NCBI GenBank assembly: GCA_963768655.1 | Contig: CAVYIM010000004.1 | Coordinates: 1-64,000, forward strand | Direction of reading: 5' to 3' | Origin: an uncultured Chloroflexia bacterium | Lineage (GTDB): Bacteria; Chloroflexota; Limnocylindria; Limnocylindrales; CSP1-4 | DNA: 64,000 nt | In this document: piece by piece, positions 37,296-46,746 of the stretch | Position numbering within the stretch: the stretch's first letter is position 1 | Layout of the letters: every line of letters begins with the position of its first letter | Position numbers and translations under genes: made by a program | The notes under the pieces: generated by a model | Seen by the model: only the letters and a program-made list of their open reading frames with translations | What the model was told of the DNA's origin: nothing | Databases searched by the model: none

Positions 37296-38050
37296 GACTT
37301 GGGCCTGGCCGGCGGTCCGGCCAGGCGACCGGAGCGGGATTCCTGTTCGGCCAGCTCGGCGGCGCGGATGAGCGATGCCACCGTCCCGGCGTCGGTCCAG
37401 AGGCCCTCGAACCGGCGCGCGAACAGATTGCCCGGCAGGTAGTTGTTCAGCAGATCGGTGATCTCGAGCTCGCCGCGGCGCGACGGGACCAGATGGTCGA
37501 CCACGCCGAACGCGTCGGGTCGCAGGAAGTACACGCCGATCGGGATGAGGTTGCTCTTGGGCTGGGTCGGCTTCTCCTCGAAACCGACGACGTTGCCCTG
37601 CGCGTCGAACTCCGCGACTCCGAAGCGTTCGGGATCGGCGACTTCGTACAGCAGCGTGCCGGCGCCCCACGGCCCGGCTTCGAACTCCCGGGCGGTGTCC
37701 GCCAGCGGGGGGCCGAGCAGGACATTGTCGCCCAGTACGCAGCAAAAGGAATCGTCGCCGACGAAGTCGCGGGCCAGCCCGATGGCATGGGCAATACCTA
37801 GCGCTCCTCGTTGATAGCGGTACGTGAGATCCAGGCCGAAGTGCTCGCCGTCCGCGAGGAGCTCGACGACGTCACCGACGCTCTTGCCGCCGACGACGAC
37901 CATGACCTCGCGGATCCCCATGCCAGCCAGAGTGGCGATCGGGTAGTAGATCATCGGCCGGTCGTAGATCGGCAACAGATGCTTGTTCGTGACGATAGTG
38001 AGCGGGAAGAGGCGAGTGGCCGTGCCGCCCGCCAGCACGAGACCCTTCAA
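37292..38050 (-). CDS. rfbA: Glucose-1-phosphate thymidylyltransferase (short form)
   Basis: GLVLAGGTATRLFPLT, NKHLLPIYDRPMIYYP, FEEKP, RGELEITD, WTDAGT. Confidence 0.88.
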   Translation of the reverse strand: MKGLVLAGGTATRLFPLTIVTNKHLLPIYDRPMIYYPIATLAGMGIREVMVVVGGKSVGDVVELLADGEHFGLDLTYRYQRGALGIAHAIGLARDFVGDDSFCCVLGDNVLLGPPLADTAREFEAGPWGAGTLLYEVADPERFGVAEFDAQGNVVGFEEKPTQPKSNLIPIGVYFLRPDAFGVVDHLVPSRRGELEITDLLNNYLPGNLFARRFEGLWTDAGTVASLIRAAELAEQESRSGRLAGPPARPKS

Positions 38051-38114
38051 CGCGGCTCCGTCGGCTTCTTGGGCCAGAGCGTAGCAGGTTCGGGCCAGGC
38101 TTCGCGTGCCGCGA

Positions 38115-39155
38115 TTAGTGCGGCGGCGGGGTCACTATTCCCGGGGGCGTCGTGGGGGTGGGCGCCGGCGTGGGCGCCGGCGTGGGAGTGACCCTTGGAA
38201 TGGTCGGTGTCGGAATCGCCGGTGTCGACACAGGGCCGACGCTGGACGAGGCCGTCGCGCTGGGGCTCGCCACGGGTTCGGGGCTCGAGAAGCCGCCCTG
38301 ATAGCTCGTGATCACGAGTACCCATTCGATGTTGTCCAGATCCGCGGCCGGTTGGATCATGGCCGACTGAACGACCTCGTTCGGGTCTTTGGCGACGCTG
38401 ATGATCGTCCCGATGAGCAAACCAGGTGGGTAGGGCGACCGCACGTCGCCTCCCGGGCTGACGATTCCCGCCGTCACTACAGCCAGGCCTTTCGAGAGCG
38501 TCTCGGAGGCGGCCACGTCCGACATCTCGAGGAGGCCGCCCACTTGACCCTGGACGTTGCCGATCGCGTTCGGGTCCGCGTTCTGGCCCGACTCGCGCCC
38601 GATCACCAGGTTCGACGTGTCGTTGACCAGGAGAATCGTGGCGTCGTACGTCTGCACGGAGACGACCCGGCCCACCACGGCCCCGCCGTCGTCGACGACG
38701 ACCTGCTCGAGTGCGATCCCATCGGCCAGGCCCCTGTTGATGATGAAAGTCCGAGGGCCGATGTCGGTGATGTTGCGCACGAGGACGCGGGCGATGATCG
38801 TCTGGTATTGCAGGTTCTGCTGCGCCTGGGAGACCCTCGTCCAGTCGGTGTTCAGCTGGGAGATGGCCGGCTGGCGTGCCAGCTCCTCCTCCAGGGTCTG
38901 GTTCTCCTGGCGAAGCTGATCGTTCTGGGTGCGCAGGTCGTCGAGCTGTGTGAGCGTGGTCAGGTACGAGCCGAGCGTGTCCGCTGTGTCGTTGAGGGCG
39001 CCCTCGACCGGGGCGAGCATGAAGTTGGCATCCGATTGGACCGTCGCCGCGAAATGGCTCCCGGACGCGCCCATCATCCCGACGCTCAAGGTCAGAAGCA
39101 GACCGTAGGCGACCCACTGTGCTCGGGGGAGGCGGTAGCCCCAGCGGGAGTTCAT
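38115..39155 (-). CDS. mreC: Rod shape-determining protein MreC
   Basis: TM helix, coiled coil LRTQNDQLRQEN, INRGLADGI, VVGRV, YPPGLLIG; downstream of mreB. Confidence 0.9.
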   Translation of the reverse strand: MNSRWGYRLPRAQWVAYGLLLTLSVGMMGASGSHFAATVQSDANFMLAPVEGALNDTADTLGSYLTTLTQLDDLRTQNDQLRQENQTLEEELARQPAISQLNTDWTRVSQAQQNLQYQTIIARVLVRNITDIGPRTFIINRGLADGIALEQVVVDDGGAVVGRVVSVQTYDATILLVNDTSNLVIGRESGQNADPNAIGNVQGQVGGLLEMSDVAASETLSKGLAVVTAGIVSPGGDVRSPYPPGLLIGTIISVAKDPNEVVQSAMIQPAADLDNIEWVLVITSYQGGFSSPEPVASPSATASSSVGPVSTPAIPTPTIPRVTPTPAPTPAPTPTTPPGIVTPPPH

Positions 39156-39180
39156 GTGACCGGGAAGGCCGCGCGACTAC

Positions 39181-40239
39181 TCAGCGCGGCGGGCGGGCGT
39201 ACGTGTCCGCCACGAGGACTTCTTCCATGATGTCGAGCTCCTCGAGCACGACGCCGGTTCCGCGCACGACGCAGGTCAGGGGATCGTTGGCGACGTGGAC
39301 GGGCATCTGCGTGGCCTCGGCGACGCGATGGTCCAGGCCCTGCAGCAGTGCGCCGCCGCCCGCCAGAACGATGCCCTGGTCCATGATGTCGGCGATCAGC
39401 TCCGGCGGCGTTTCCTCGATCGTGTCCTTGATCGTCTCCACGATGAGCGCCAGCGACGGTTCGATGGCTTCGCGGATCTGCTCGCCACCGACCTCGACGC
39501 TGCGCGGCAGGCCGGTCAGCAGGTCGCGGCCGCGGAGGGTTATTCGCTGCGTATCCCACTCACCCGGTGCGGCGGACCCGATCGAGATCTTGACGTCCTC
39601 GGCCGAGCGCTCGCCGAGGAAGAGGTTGTACTCGCGTCGGGCGTAGGCAACGATGTCGGTGTCCATCTCGTCGCCGCCGACGCGGATGCTGCGGCTGATG
39701 ACGATGCCGCCCAGGCTGATGACGGCCACCTCGGTGGTGCCGCCGCCGATGTCGATGATCATGCTGCCGGTGGGCTCGTTGATCGGCAGGCCGGCGCCAA
39801 TCGCGGCGGCCATTGGCTCTTCGATCAAGCCGGCCCAGCGGGCTCCGGCGTTCATTGCCGCGTCACGCACGGCTCGCTTCTCGACCTCGGTCACGCCCGA
39901 CGGGATGCCGAGCAGCATCCGCGGCCGGGGCACCATGCCGATGCGGTCGTGAACCTTGCGCACGAAGTACGCGATCATCTGCTGCGTGACGTCGAAGTCG
40001 CTGATGACTCCGTCGCGCAGCGGCCGAACGGCGATGATGCTCGCCGGAGTGCGACCGACCATGCGCTTGGCCTCGGCACCGACTGCCAGGACCCGTTTGG
40101 TCTTGGCTTCCATCGCGACGACACTCGGCTCGCTGATTACGATGCCTCGGTCGCGGACGTGGACAAGGGTGTTGGCCGTGCCCAGGTCTATGCCGATGTC
40201 ACGCGAGAACAGGCCTAGCAGACTGTGGACGCCAAACAT
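39181..40239 (-). CDS. mreB: Rod shape-determining protein MreB
   Basis: DIGIDLGTANT, RPLRDGVISDF, IEEPMAAAIGAG, DIGGGTTEVA, LAGGGALL. Confidence 0.97.
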   Translation of the reverse strand: MFGVHSLLGLFSRDIGIDLGTANTLVHVRDRGIVISEPSVVAMEAKTKRVLAVGAEAKRMVGRTPASIIAVRPLRDGVISDFDVTQQMIAYFVRKVHDRIGMVPRPRMLLGIPSGVTEVEKRAVRDAAMNAGARWAGLIEEPMAAAIGAGLPINEPTGSMIIDIGGGTTEVAVISLGGIVISRSIRVGGDEMDTDIVAYARREYNLFLGERSAEDVKISIGSAAPGEWDTQRITLRGRDLLTGLPRSVEVGGEQIREAIEPSLALIVETIKDTIEETPPELIADIMDQGIVLAGGGALLQGLDHRVAEATQMPVHVANDPLTCVVRGTGVVLEELDIMEEVLVADTYARPPR

Positions 40240-40560
40240 AATTCGAGGCGGTTCCTTCCTCGTAGTGCTGGTCCCCGCGATGACGGGGAGCGGGGCTGCC
40301 AGCCTGACTGATCCAGGCGCCCGAGAGGGTGGCGTCGCCTCGGACTCTGGTGGCCCCCATCAAGGGTGCGGGACCGTGGATCCGCCCGCTTTGACCCCGG
40401 GAAGCCCGTGCAGTATACCCGCCTGAGTGGCGCAAGGGTCTGACGCGAGCTGAGGGGCCGTCCGGAGACCGGCCGTTGGGGGCATCGCAGGCAGGTGGCT
40501 CGAGACCGGCCGGCGGACCCCGGCGCCTGCTGCTCACCGGCGCTGCGGCCCGTCGGCCAG

Positions 40561-41394
40561 CTATGACGGGCGATCGAAGGCGACCCCTCGGTCCCGCAAG
40601 GAGACGAAGCCATCACCGGCCACGATGAGATGGTCGAGCAGCTGGATATCCAGCAAACGCCCGGCGGCCAACACTTCGGCCGTGAGACGGAGGTCGTCCG
40701 GGCTCGGCGTGGGATCGCCGGAAGGGTGGTTGTGGACGAGGATCAGGCCGGCCGCGTTGAGGCGGACGGCGTCGCGGAAGAGCTCGCCGACCCTGACCAG
40801 GCTCGAGGACACGTTGCCCTGATACACGGTGACGAGCCGAAGGACGGCGTTGCGGGTGTTCATGAGCACGACCCGCAGCTCCTCCCGCTCGAGGAAGCCC
40901 ATCTGAGGCACGAGCCGCTCGCCCACGTCGCGGGGCGCTCGCACCGTCCAGCGACTCTGGGGCCAGTCGGTGATCACCCGTCTGCCCAGCTCGAAGGCGG
41001 CGGCCAGCTGCGCGGCGCGGACCGGGCCGACCCCGGGCACCGCCTCCAGCTCGACGTCCGTGGCGCGTGCCAGCCCGACCAGGCCCTCGTGGCGCCGTAG
41101 CGCGTCCGAGGCCGCGTCGACGGCCGTCGCGCCGCGCGTGCCCGATCCCCAGAGCACGCCGATCAGCTCCGCCGCGCTCAGGGCTGCGGCGCCGTGCATC
41201 GCCAGACGCTCACGAGGACGTTCTCTGGCGGGCGTGACGCCGATCCCAACAAGCGGCCGTTCGGCTGCGCGACGGCGCCTGCCCTCGGTCCGGAACCGCG
41301 TCTGGAGCTGTGTCGGCCCCGTTGCTTGCGGCTCTGACTCTCCGTGTTCCACGGTCGACGTCCTGCTGCTCGAGGCGGAGCTGGTCTGGCTCAC
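40561..41394 (-). CDS. radC: RadC family JAB-domain protein (start uncertain)
   Basis: ERPRERL, HhH motif VPGVGPVRA, HNHPSGDPTPSPDD, LLDHLIV; upstream of mreB. Confidence 0.92.
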   Translation of the reverse strand: MSQTSSASSSRTSTVEHGESEPQATGPTQLQTRFRTEGRRRRAAERPLVGIGVTPARERPRERLAMHGAAALSAAELIGVLWGSGTRGATAVDAASDALRRHEGLVGLARATDVELEAVPGVGPVRAAQLAAAFELGRRVITDWPQSRWTVRAPRDVGERLVPQMGFLEREELRVVLMNTRNAVLRLVTVYQGNVSSSLVRVGELFRDAVRLNAAGLILVHNHPSGDPTPSPDDLRLTAEVLAAGRLLDIQLLDHLIVAGDGFVSLRDRGVAFDRPS

Positions 41395-41703
41395 CGCTCC
41401 CGGGGCCCAACGACGGAAGCCCGCCGATTCCTCCCGCCATCGGGCTCCGGGAACGAGACGAGGCTAGACTCGGCCGCTTATCTGCGGACCAACTCCGGCT
41501 AAACCCGGAGCCGTCGGTCGGGTCGCCGATCGCCAGGTTGGCGAGCGCGGGTCTGGGCGGCGGCGACCTCGGAGCGAGCGCACCACGAGGCGAGTGAGCG
41601 CGAATGAGGCAAGCGGCGATCCGCTGGATCCGGATTGACCAGGTTCAGCCGGCCAGGCGAAGCGGCGCAGACGTCGATCGTCGGATCCAGGTTCAGCGCG
41701 GTC

Positions 41704-43353
41704 TCATCGGACCGTGCTGGCCCACCAGACCAGGAGAACGAGGCCCCCGTTGTACGCCCCGTGAAGAGCCATCGAGGCGTAGATGGAGCGCCGCCTCGTG
41801 TAGATCCACGACAGCAACCAGGCAATCGGGATTCGGGCGGCCACGGCGAGAACCGCCGCCCGGATGAACACGTCCGCGTCGACGGCGCCGACCAGGTCGA
41901 TGATGTGGATGAAGGCGAAGAACGCGGCTGCCCGGATGACCGCGTCGTTGCGTTTGAGCGACCGAGCCCACGCGTTGGTGGCGAAGCCCCGGAAGAAGAT
42001 CTCCTCCCCGATGGGCGCCACGACTGCCAGAGACAGGAGGGTGATCGCCAGATCCCAGCCAGGGAAGAGCGTCGGCACGGGCGAGGACACGTCCGAGTTC
42101 TGGACTCCCAGGATGATGGCCAGAATGCCGGCGAAGATCAGGGTCACGATCAGGCCCGGAATTGCCAGGCCGAGCCCTAGCGCGATGTCTCCGCCAAAGG
42201 CTCTTGCGCCCGCGCCGGCTTCCCCTGTCGGTGCGCCATTCCAGGCGTTGGAGAACGACCAGTCGCTGGGATCCGGCGCAAGCCGCCGCGGGCGCGCGAT
42301 GTCGCTCCAGGCGAGGGCGCCCGGTCGAACCGCGACAACCTGAACGAGCGCCGCGTAGCAGCCGAGATTGAGCACGAGGACCAACAGTGTCTCGACCGAG
42401 GTCGCCAGGCTGATCCCGAAGGCATCGAAAGCCGCGATCACTGCCAGCTCGGCCGCCAGCGATAGGGAGAGCCACGCCATCACGACGAGGAATGGCGACG
42501 GCCCGAAGTAATCCTGCCAGCCATCGGCAAGCCGCTGGCTGCCCTGGGCCAGCGACGCGGCAACGAGCCCTGCCGAGAGGAGGACGAGGGCCAGCTCGAC
42601 CGCAGAGACGGCGGCGAGGCCCGAGGTGCCTCGTGCGATCCCGGCGTTGGCCGCGGCAAGGATCGCGATGAGCATACCCAGGCCGAGGAGCGAGAGGATC
42701 CACCCGGCGGCGTACATGCGCGGGCTTGCCCGCCCCTGGAGGGAGGGGATCCGTCGGGGCGGCGCAGGGGGATGCAAACGGCCCGGAGCCTCGGCCGGGG
42801 GCGGGGAACCGTAGCCCCACGGCAGGGACGGGTACGGGTACGGATAGGCCCACGTCGGGGGATGGCCCAATTCCGCGTTGGTCGGCGGCGTTGAGTAGCC
42901 CGGCGCCGCTCCGGCCGGCGGCCAGCCGTAGCCCGGCGGCGCTGAGTAGCCCGGCGGCCAGCCGTAACCCGGCGCCGCTCCGGCCGGCGGCCAGCCGTAA
43001 CCCGGCGGCGCTGAGTAGCCCGGCGGCCAGCCGTAGCCTGGCGGCGCTGAGTAGCCCGGCGGCCAGCCGTAGCCCTGGGGCCAGCCGTATCCCGGCGGCC
43101 AACCGTAGCCCGGCGCTACATAGCCCGGCGCTACATAGCCCGGCGCAACATAGCCCGGCGGCCAGCCGTATCCCGACGGCCAGCCGTAGCCCTGCGGCGC
43201 CTGGTTCGGAACGGAACCGTACGTCCGGGGCATGTTTCCGGCGGGAGTGTCGCGCGGTTCCTGCGCGCTTGGGGCCTGCTCGGGCGGCGAGCCTGGCGGC
43301 AGCGGGCGCGGGGGTTCGTCCGTAGAGTCGTCTGGCGGCTTATCGACCGTCAT
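41704..43353 (-). CDS. CPBP (Abi/CAAX) intramembrane metalloprotease with a long Pro/Gly/Tyr-rich N-terminus
   Basis: APIGEEIFFRG, FAFIH, HGAYN; multiple TM helices. Confidence 0.88.
   Translation of the reverse strand: MTVDKPPDDSTDEPPRPLPPGSPPEQAPSAQEPRDTPAGNMPRTYGSVPNQAPQGYGWPSGYGWPPGYVAPGYVAPGYVAPGYGWPPGYGWPQGYGWPPGYSAPPGYGWPPGYSAPPGYGWPPAGAAPGYGWPPGYSAPPGYGWPPAGAAPGYSTPPTNAELGHPPTWAYPYPYPSLPWGYGSPPPAEAPGRLHPPAPPRRIPSLQGRASPRMYAAGWILSLLGLGMLIAILAAANAGIARGTSGLAAVSAVELALVLLSAGLVAASLAQGSQRLADGWQDYFGPSPFLVVMAWLSLSLAAELAVIAAFDAFGISLATSVETLLVLVLNLGCYAALVQVVAVRPGALAWSDIARPRRLAPDPSDWSFSNAWNGAPTGEAGAGARAFGGDIALGLGLAIPGLIVTLIFAGILAIILGVQNSDVSSPVPTLFPGWDLAITLLSLAVVAPIGEEIFFRGFATNAWARSLKRNDAVIRAAAFFAFIHIIDLVGAVDADVFIRAAVLAVAARIPIAWLLSWIYTRRRSIYASMALHGAYNGGLVLLVWWASTVR
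42893..43192 (-). repeat. Coding tandem repeats (PPGYGW / PPGYSA / APGYV)
   Basis: More than a dozen 15-18-nt units of the TAGCCCGGCGGCCAGCCG / TAGCCCGGCGGCGCTGAG type. Confidence 0.85.
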
Positions 43354-43387
43354 CCGGGCGCTTGCTCGTCAGTCCTCGGCTCGGCCG

Positions 43388-43999
43388 TCAGCGGCCGACA
43401 ACGGACTCGCCCGTGACTATTCCACTCGCCGGCCGGGGCACGACGCTGCCCACGGGGCTGACGGTGGGCGCAGGCAGAGGCGCCTGATATGCCGCCGCCT
43501 CAGGAGCCCGCTCGACGGCCGGTCGTTCGAAGTCTTTGCCGCACCAGGCACACAGAGACCAGTCGAGGCCAACCAGCCTCTCGCAGTTCGGGCAGACCCG
43601 CTTCAGGCGCTGGCGGCACCAGGGGCAGATGATCCATTCGGCGTCTACGCGACGGTCGCAGCTTCGGCAGGTCTTGATCGCCTCGACCTCGGCGAGAAGA
43701 GCCTCTTCGGCCAGGTTGCGCTCGTATACGTCACCGAGCCGCTCTGGCGGTCGAACGACTCGATAGACGATGATGCCGAGCGGGAAGAGGAACGGCAGGA
43801 ACAGGATGATCAAACCGGTGGCGAGGAACGGGAGAACCGGATTCTCGGTGCGATCCCGCATGTCTCGGAACGCCCAGTACGCCGCCGCGATCCAGAGCAG
43901 GATCATGTAGAAGAACGTGGCGTAGAGGATCAACTGGACGACCGCGTTCGCGAAGAACGCGCTCATCGCTCCGCCCAGTGCGCCCATCGGGTCAGTCAT
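43388..43999 (-). CDS. Membrane protein with double zinc ribbon
   Basis: Hydrophobic N-half; CRSC, CPWC, CPNC, CAWC. Confidence 0.85.
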   Translation of the reverse strand: MTDPMGALGGAMSAFFANAVVQLILYATFFYMILLWIAAAYWAFRDMRDRTENPVLPFLATGLIILFLPFLFPLGIIVYRVVRPPERLGDVYERNLAEEALLAEVEAIKTCRSCDRRVDAEWIICPWCRQRLKRVCPNCERLVGLDWSLCAWCGKDFERPAVERAPEAAAYQAPLPAPTVSPVGSVVPRPASGIVTGESVVGR

Positions 44000-44179
44000 C
44001 GAGATTGATCCGCTTTCTCCGATCCGCCCTTCGAGGCGTCCGATCGAACCGAGAAGGGGCTATTGAAGTCTACCAGGGTCGAAATGCGACCCCGGCCGTG
44101 TGCGCCTGTGACGGCCAATTCCGGCCCGCGGTGACGGACGTTTCGCACGCCGGCCGTCGACCACAAGGGCCAAGGCCGG

Positions 44180-45562
44180 TCAGTCTCTGCGTTCCGTGGC
44201 GGGGAAGAAGAGGCCCACGATCGAACCGGCGATCAGCAGGATGGCCCCTGCGACAAGAAGCGAGATGCCCCCGCCGCATCCCCACGGGAGCAACAGGTAT
44301 AGCAGCCCGACGCCGAGCAAGATCCCACCCAGGAGCATGGGCAGCGCCGCTTCGGTCAGCCTTCTTATGGTGGGTGCCAGCCCCGGCATGAGCTCCTCGA
44401 GCTTGTCGCTTGCCAGGATTACGGTTAGCACGACCGCGGCCATCAGAAACAGCGGCCACCCCGCCGCAGTGTCGAACGCCCAGGCATCCGGCCTCGGGTG
44501 GATGTCGACCGTGCCGACGCCCAGGCCGTTGTCGCCCGCCCAGGGCAGCGCGAAGCTGACCATCGCCAGCGCCCCGCCCAGGGCGGTCAGGCCCGTGGCT
44601 GCCAGTTCGGCTTTCGGTTCCGCGGCGATGGAAGCGAGAGTGGCCTTGATCCTGGCTGGTGTCGTCAAAGGCACGATCGGAGACGCTGGCGGCGTCCGTC
44701 CCGCGATGGTGGCTCCGGGGCGGCCCGCGACCGCCGGGGCATCGAAGGCCGGCGGGAGGGCCGGCCGCGGACCCGACGCAGGAGTAGCTGCCTGAATGGG
44801 AGCGGGGATCGCGAGCGTGCCGACAGGCCTGCCGCCGCCGATCGAGCCGAGCGTCCGGTTGGTCGCGGATGGCGTCAGGATCCGGCCCGAAGTCGCGGCG
44901 TCGTCCTGCGCGACCAGATTGGGCGCGGGGCGGGCCCAGCTTTGGAGGTCGGCCTCGGCTTCCGTGTCAGGAACCGCGTTCACGGCGGCCACTTTCTCCG
45001 CCGCCGCCCGCGCTGCCGCCGCCCGCGCTGCGGCCGCCGCCCGTGCGGCGGCCTCTCCGGCTGTGCTGCGTTGCATCTCGGCTACGTCGAGCGACCAGCC
45101 CTCCGGAACGTGGACCTGACGACTGGTCTTCGATGCGGCCGCGGCAGCAAGACGAGCCGCCGGGGCATCGGTCTGCGAAGGCGTCAGGCCGAGGGTCAGA
45201 AGCCGGGGGTCCTCCGGTCCGGATGGTATGGACTCTTCCTCGGACGCCGGCTCGGCGGCCTCGACCGCGTTGGATTCCGGCTCCGCAGACTCGGACGCCG
45301 GCTCGGCGGCCTCGACCGCGTTGGGCTCCGGCTCCGCAGACTCGGACGCCGGCTCGGCGCCCTCGACCGCGTTGGGCTCCGGCTCCGCAGACTCGGACGC
45401 CGGCTCGGCGGCCTCGACCGTCTCCGGCGCCCCGCCCTCGACCGTCTCCGGCGCCCCGGTCGCTGGTCTCGTCGCTTCCAGGGAGGCGCCGCAACTGGGG
45501 CAGAAGGCGTAGCCGGGCGCTGTCGGCGCTGAGCATCTCGTACAGACCGTGAGCTCGACCAT
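44180..45562 (-). CDS. Zinc-ribbon protein with acidic repeat linker and C-terminal TM helices
   Basis: GGAGG RBS; CTRC...FCPSCG; repeat linker; about four hydrophobic segments. Confidence 0.78.
   Translation of the reverse strand: MVELTVCTRCSAPTAPGYAFCPSCGASLEATRPATGAPETVEGGAPETVEAAEPASESAEPEPNAVEGAEPASESAEPEPNAVEAAEPASESAEPESNAVEAAEPASEEESIPSGPEDPRLLTLGLTPSQTDAPAARLAAAAASKTSRQVHVPEGWSLDVAEMQRSTAGEAAARAAAAARAAAARAAAEKVAAVNAVPDTEAEADLQSWARPAPNLVAQDDAATSGRILTPSATNRTLGSIGGGRPVGTLAIPAPIQAATPASGPRPALPPAFDAPAVAGRPGATIAGRTPPASPIVPLTTPARIKATLASIAAEPKAELAATGLTALGGALAMVSFALPWAGDNGLGVGTVDIHPRPDAWAFDTAAGWPLFLMAAVVLTVILASDKLEELMPGLAPTIRRLTEAALPMLLGGILLGVGLLYLLLPWGCGGGISLLVAGAILLIAGSIVGLFFPATERRD
45241..45420 (-). 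repeat. 51-bp coding tandem repeat (about 3.5 copies; AVEAAEPASESAEPEPN)
   Basis: Units start at 45241, 45292, 45343 and 45394. Confidence 0.9.
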
Positions 45563-45633
45563 GCCGGCCTCCGCTTCGGGCGAGGTGCGGGGAGCCCCGC
45601 CGCGGCGAGGTTCCTGCGCGTTCGAGGGTCGGG

Positions 45634-46746
45634 TCAATCCCCCGATCTCTCTCCCGCCACGCACGATAGTCCCAACCCGCTCCGTTGCGTAGCCTCTCCG
45701 GCCCGCGCGGACGCTGCGCGCACGGCATCTGCGACTTCATTGGTGAAGGCGGCGCTCCGCCACGCGGAAGCTACCGCGGAAACCGCCAGCGCCGCGATCC
45801 ACGCCACGGCCAGGGCCACGGTCGCCAGCGCGAAGGCTACGGGTCGGAAGTCCCTTACGGTGCCGAAGTTCCCGATGCCCAGCTTGATGGCGATGGGTAC
45901 CTGGTTCCTGGCTGCAATCCGGCACCAGTCGAAGGCGGTCGAAGTCCCAACCAACGCCAGGCCGATGACGGCGGCGCTCGCCCCGTGCGAGACAACGACG
46001 GTCAGCAGAGTCGAGATCGGCCGGCGCACCACCTGCCTTGCCGCGCCAAGGATCGATCCCAATACCCCGGCACCGGCCAGTACCTCAAGCCGGACCGCGA
46101 TCGCGGCCATCGTCTCCGTCGCGAGCCAGACGACGACCACGACCGCCACGGCGTCGCCGGCGGCCAGGGCCACCCTCAACGGCAGTGGCGAGGTCAGGTT
46201 GCTCGGCGTCATCAGTTGGTCATACGTGGCATTGAAGATACGAGTCGCGGCCCAGGCGAGCGCGATCGCCACGGGCGCCAGGCAGATCATCCGAATCGCC
46301 GCGAGCCGCAGGAGGAGCGACATCCGCGGGAGGGGGAGCCGCTCCGGCCTGGTTCCGCGGCCCGAATCCAGCGTCATCTGAACGAGCCAGACGTCGGTGA
46401 GCGAGCCGACCACGCTCGCCACCGCCAGCCACACGAGCGCGGCGACGACGGCGAGCACGATCAGCTCGATCAGCCAGAGTGTTGGCTGGCCGGCGATCGA
46501 GATGGCATCCACGCCCGTCAGGCTGGCAATGCCGATGACCGATGGCAGGATGACACTCGGCAGTGCCAGCAGAACGATCCCGCCTCGGAGCAGGAATCCC
46601 GCCAGTGCCACTACCGACGCCTCGCCATGCGTCAGGCCGAAAGCCAGGGCTCGTGCCAGGCGGCTGGCGCGGCCGAACCGTCGCGTCAGGAGCCCTTCGG
46701 CCGATGCGGTCACCCAGTTAGTTTCCCGTGGGCGCGGGCGTGCCAA
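45634..46746 (-). CDS. Polytopic membrane hypothetical protein
   Basis: Several long hydrophobic segments; start overlaps the stop of the UPF0182 gene. Confidence 0.7.
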   Translation of the reverse strand: MARPRPRETNWVTASAEGLLTRRFGRASRLARALAFGLTHGEASVVALAGFLLRGGIVLLALPSVILPSVIGIASLTGVDAISIAGQPTLWLIELIVLAVVAALVWLAVASVVGSLTDVWLVQMTLDSGRGTRPERLPLPRMSLLLRLAAIRMICLAPVAIALAWAATRIFNATYDQLMTPSNLTSPLPLRVALAAGDAVAVVVVVWLATETMAAIAVRLEVLAGAGVLGSILGAARQVVRRPISTLLTVVVSHGASAAVIGLALVGTSTAFDWCRIAARNQVPIAIKLGIGNFGTVRDFRPVAFALATVALAVAWIAALAVSAVASAWRSAAFTNEVADAVRAASARAGEATQRSGLGLSCVAGERSGD

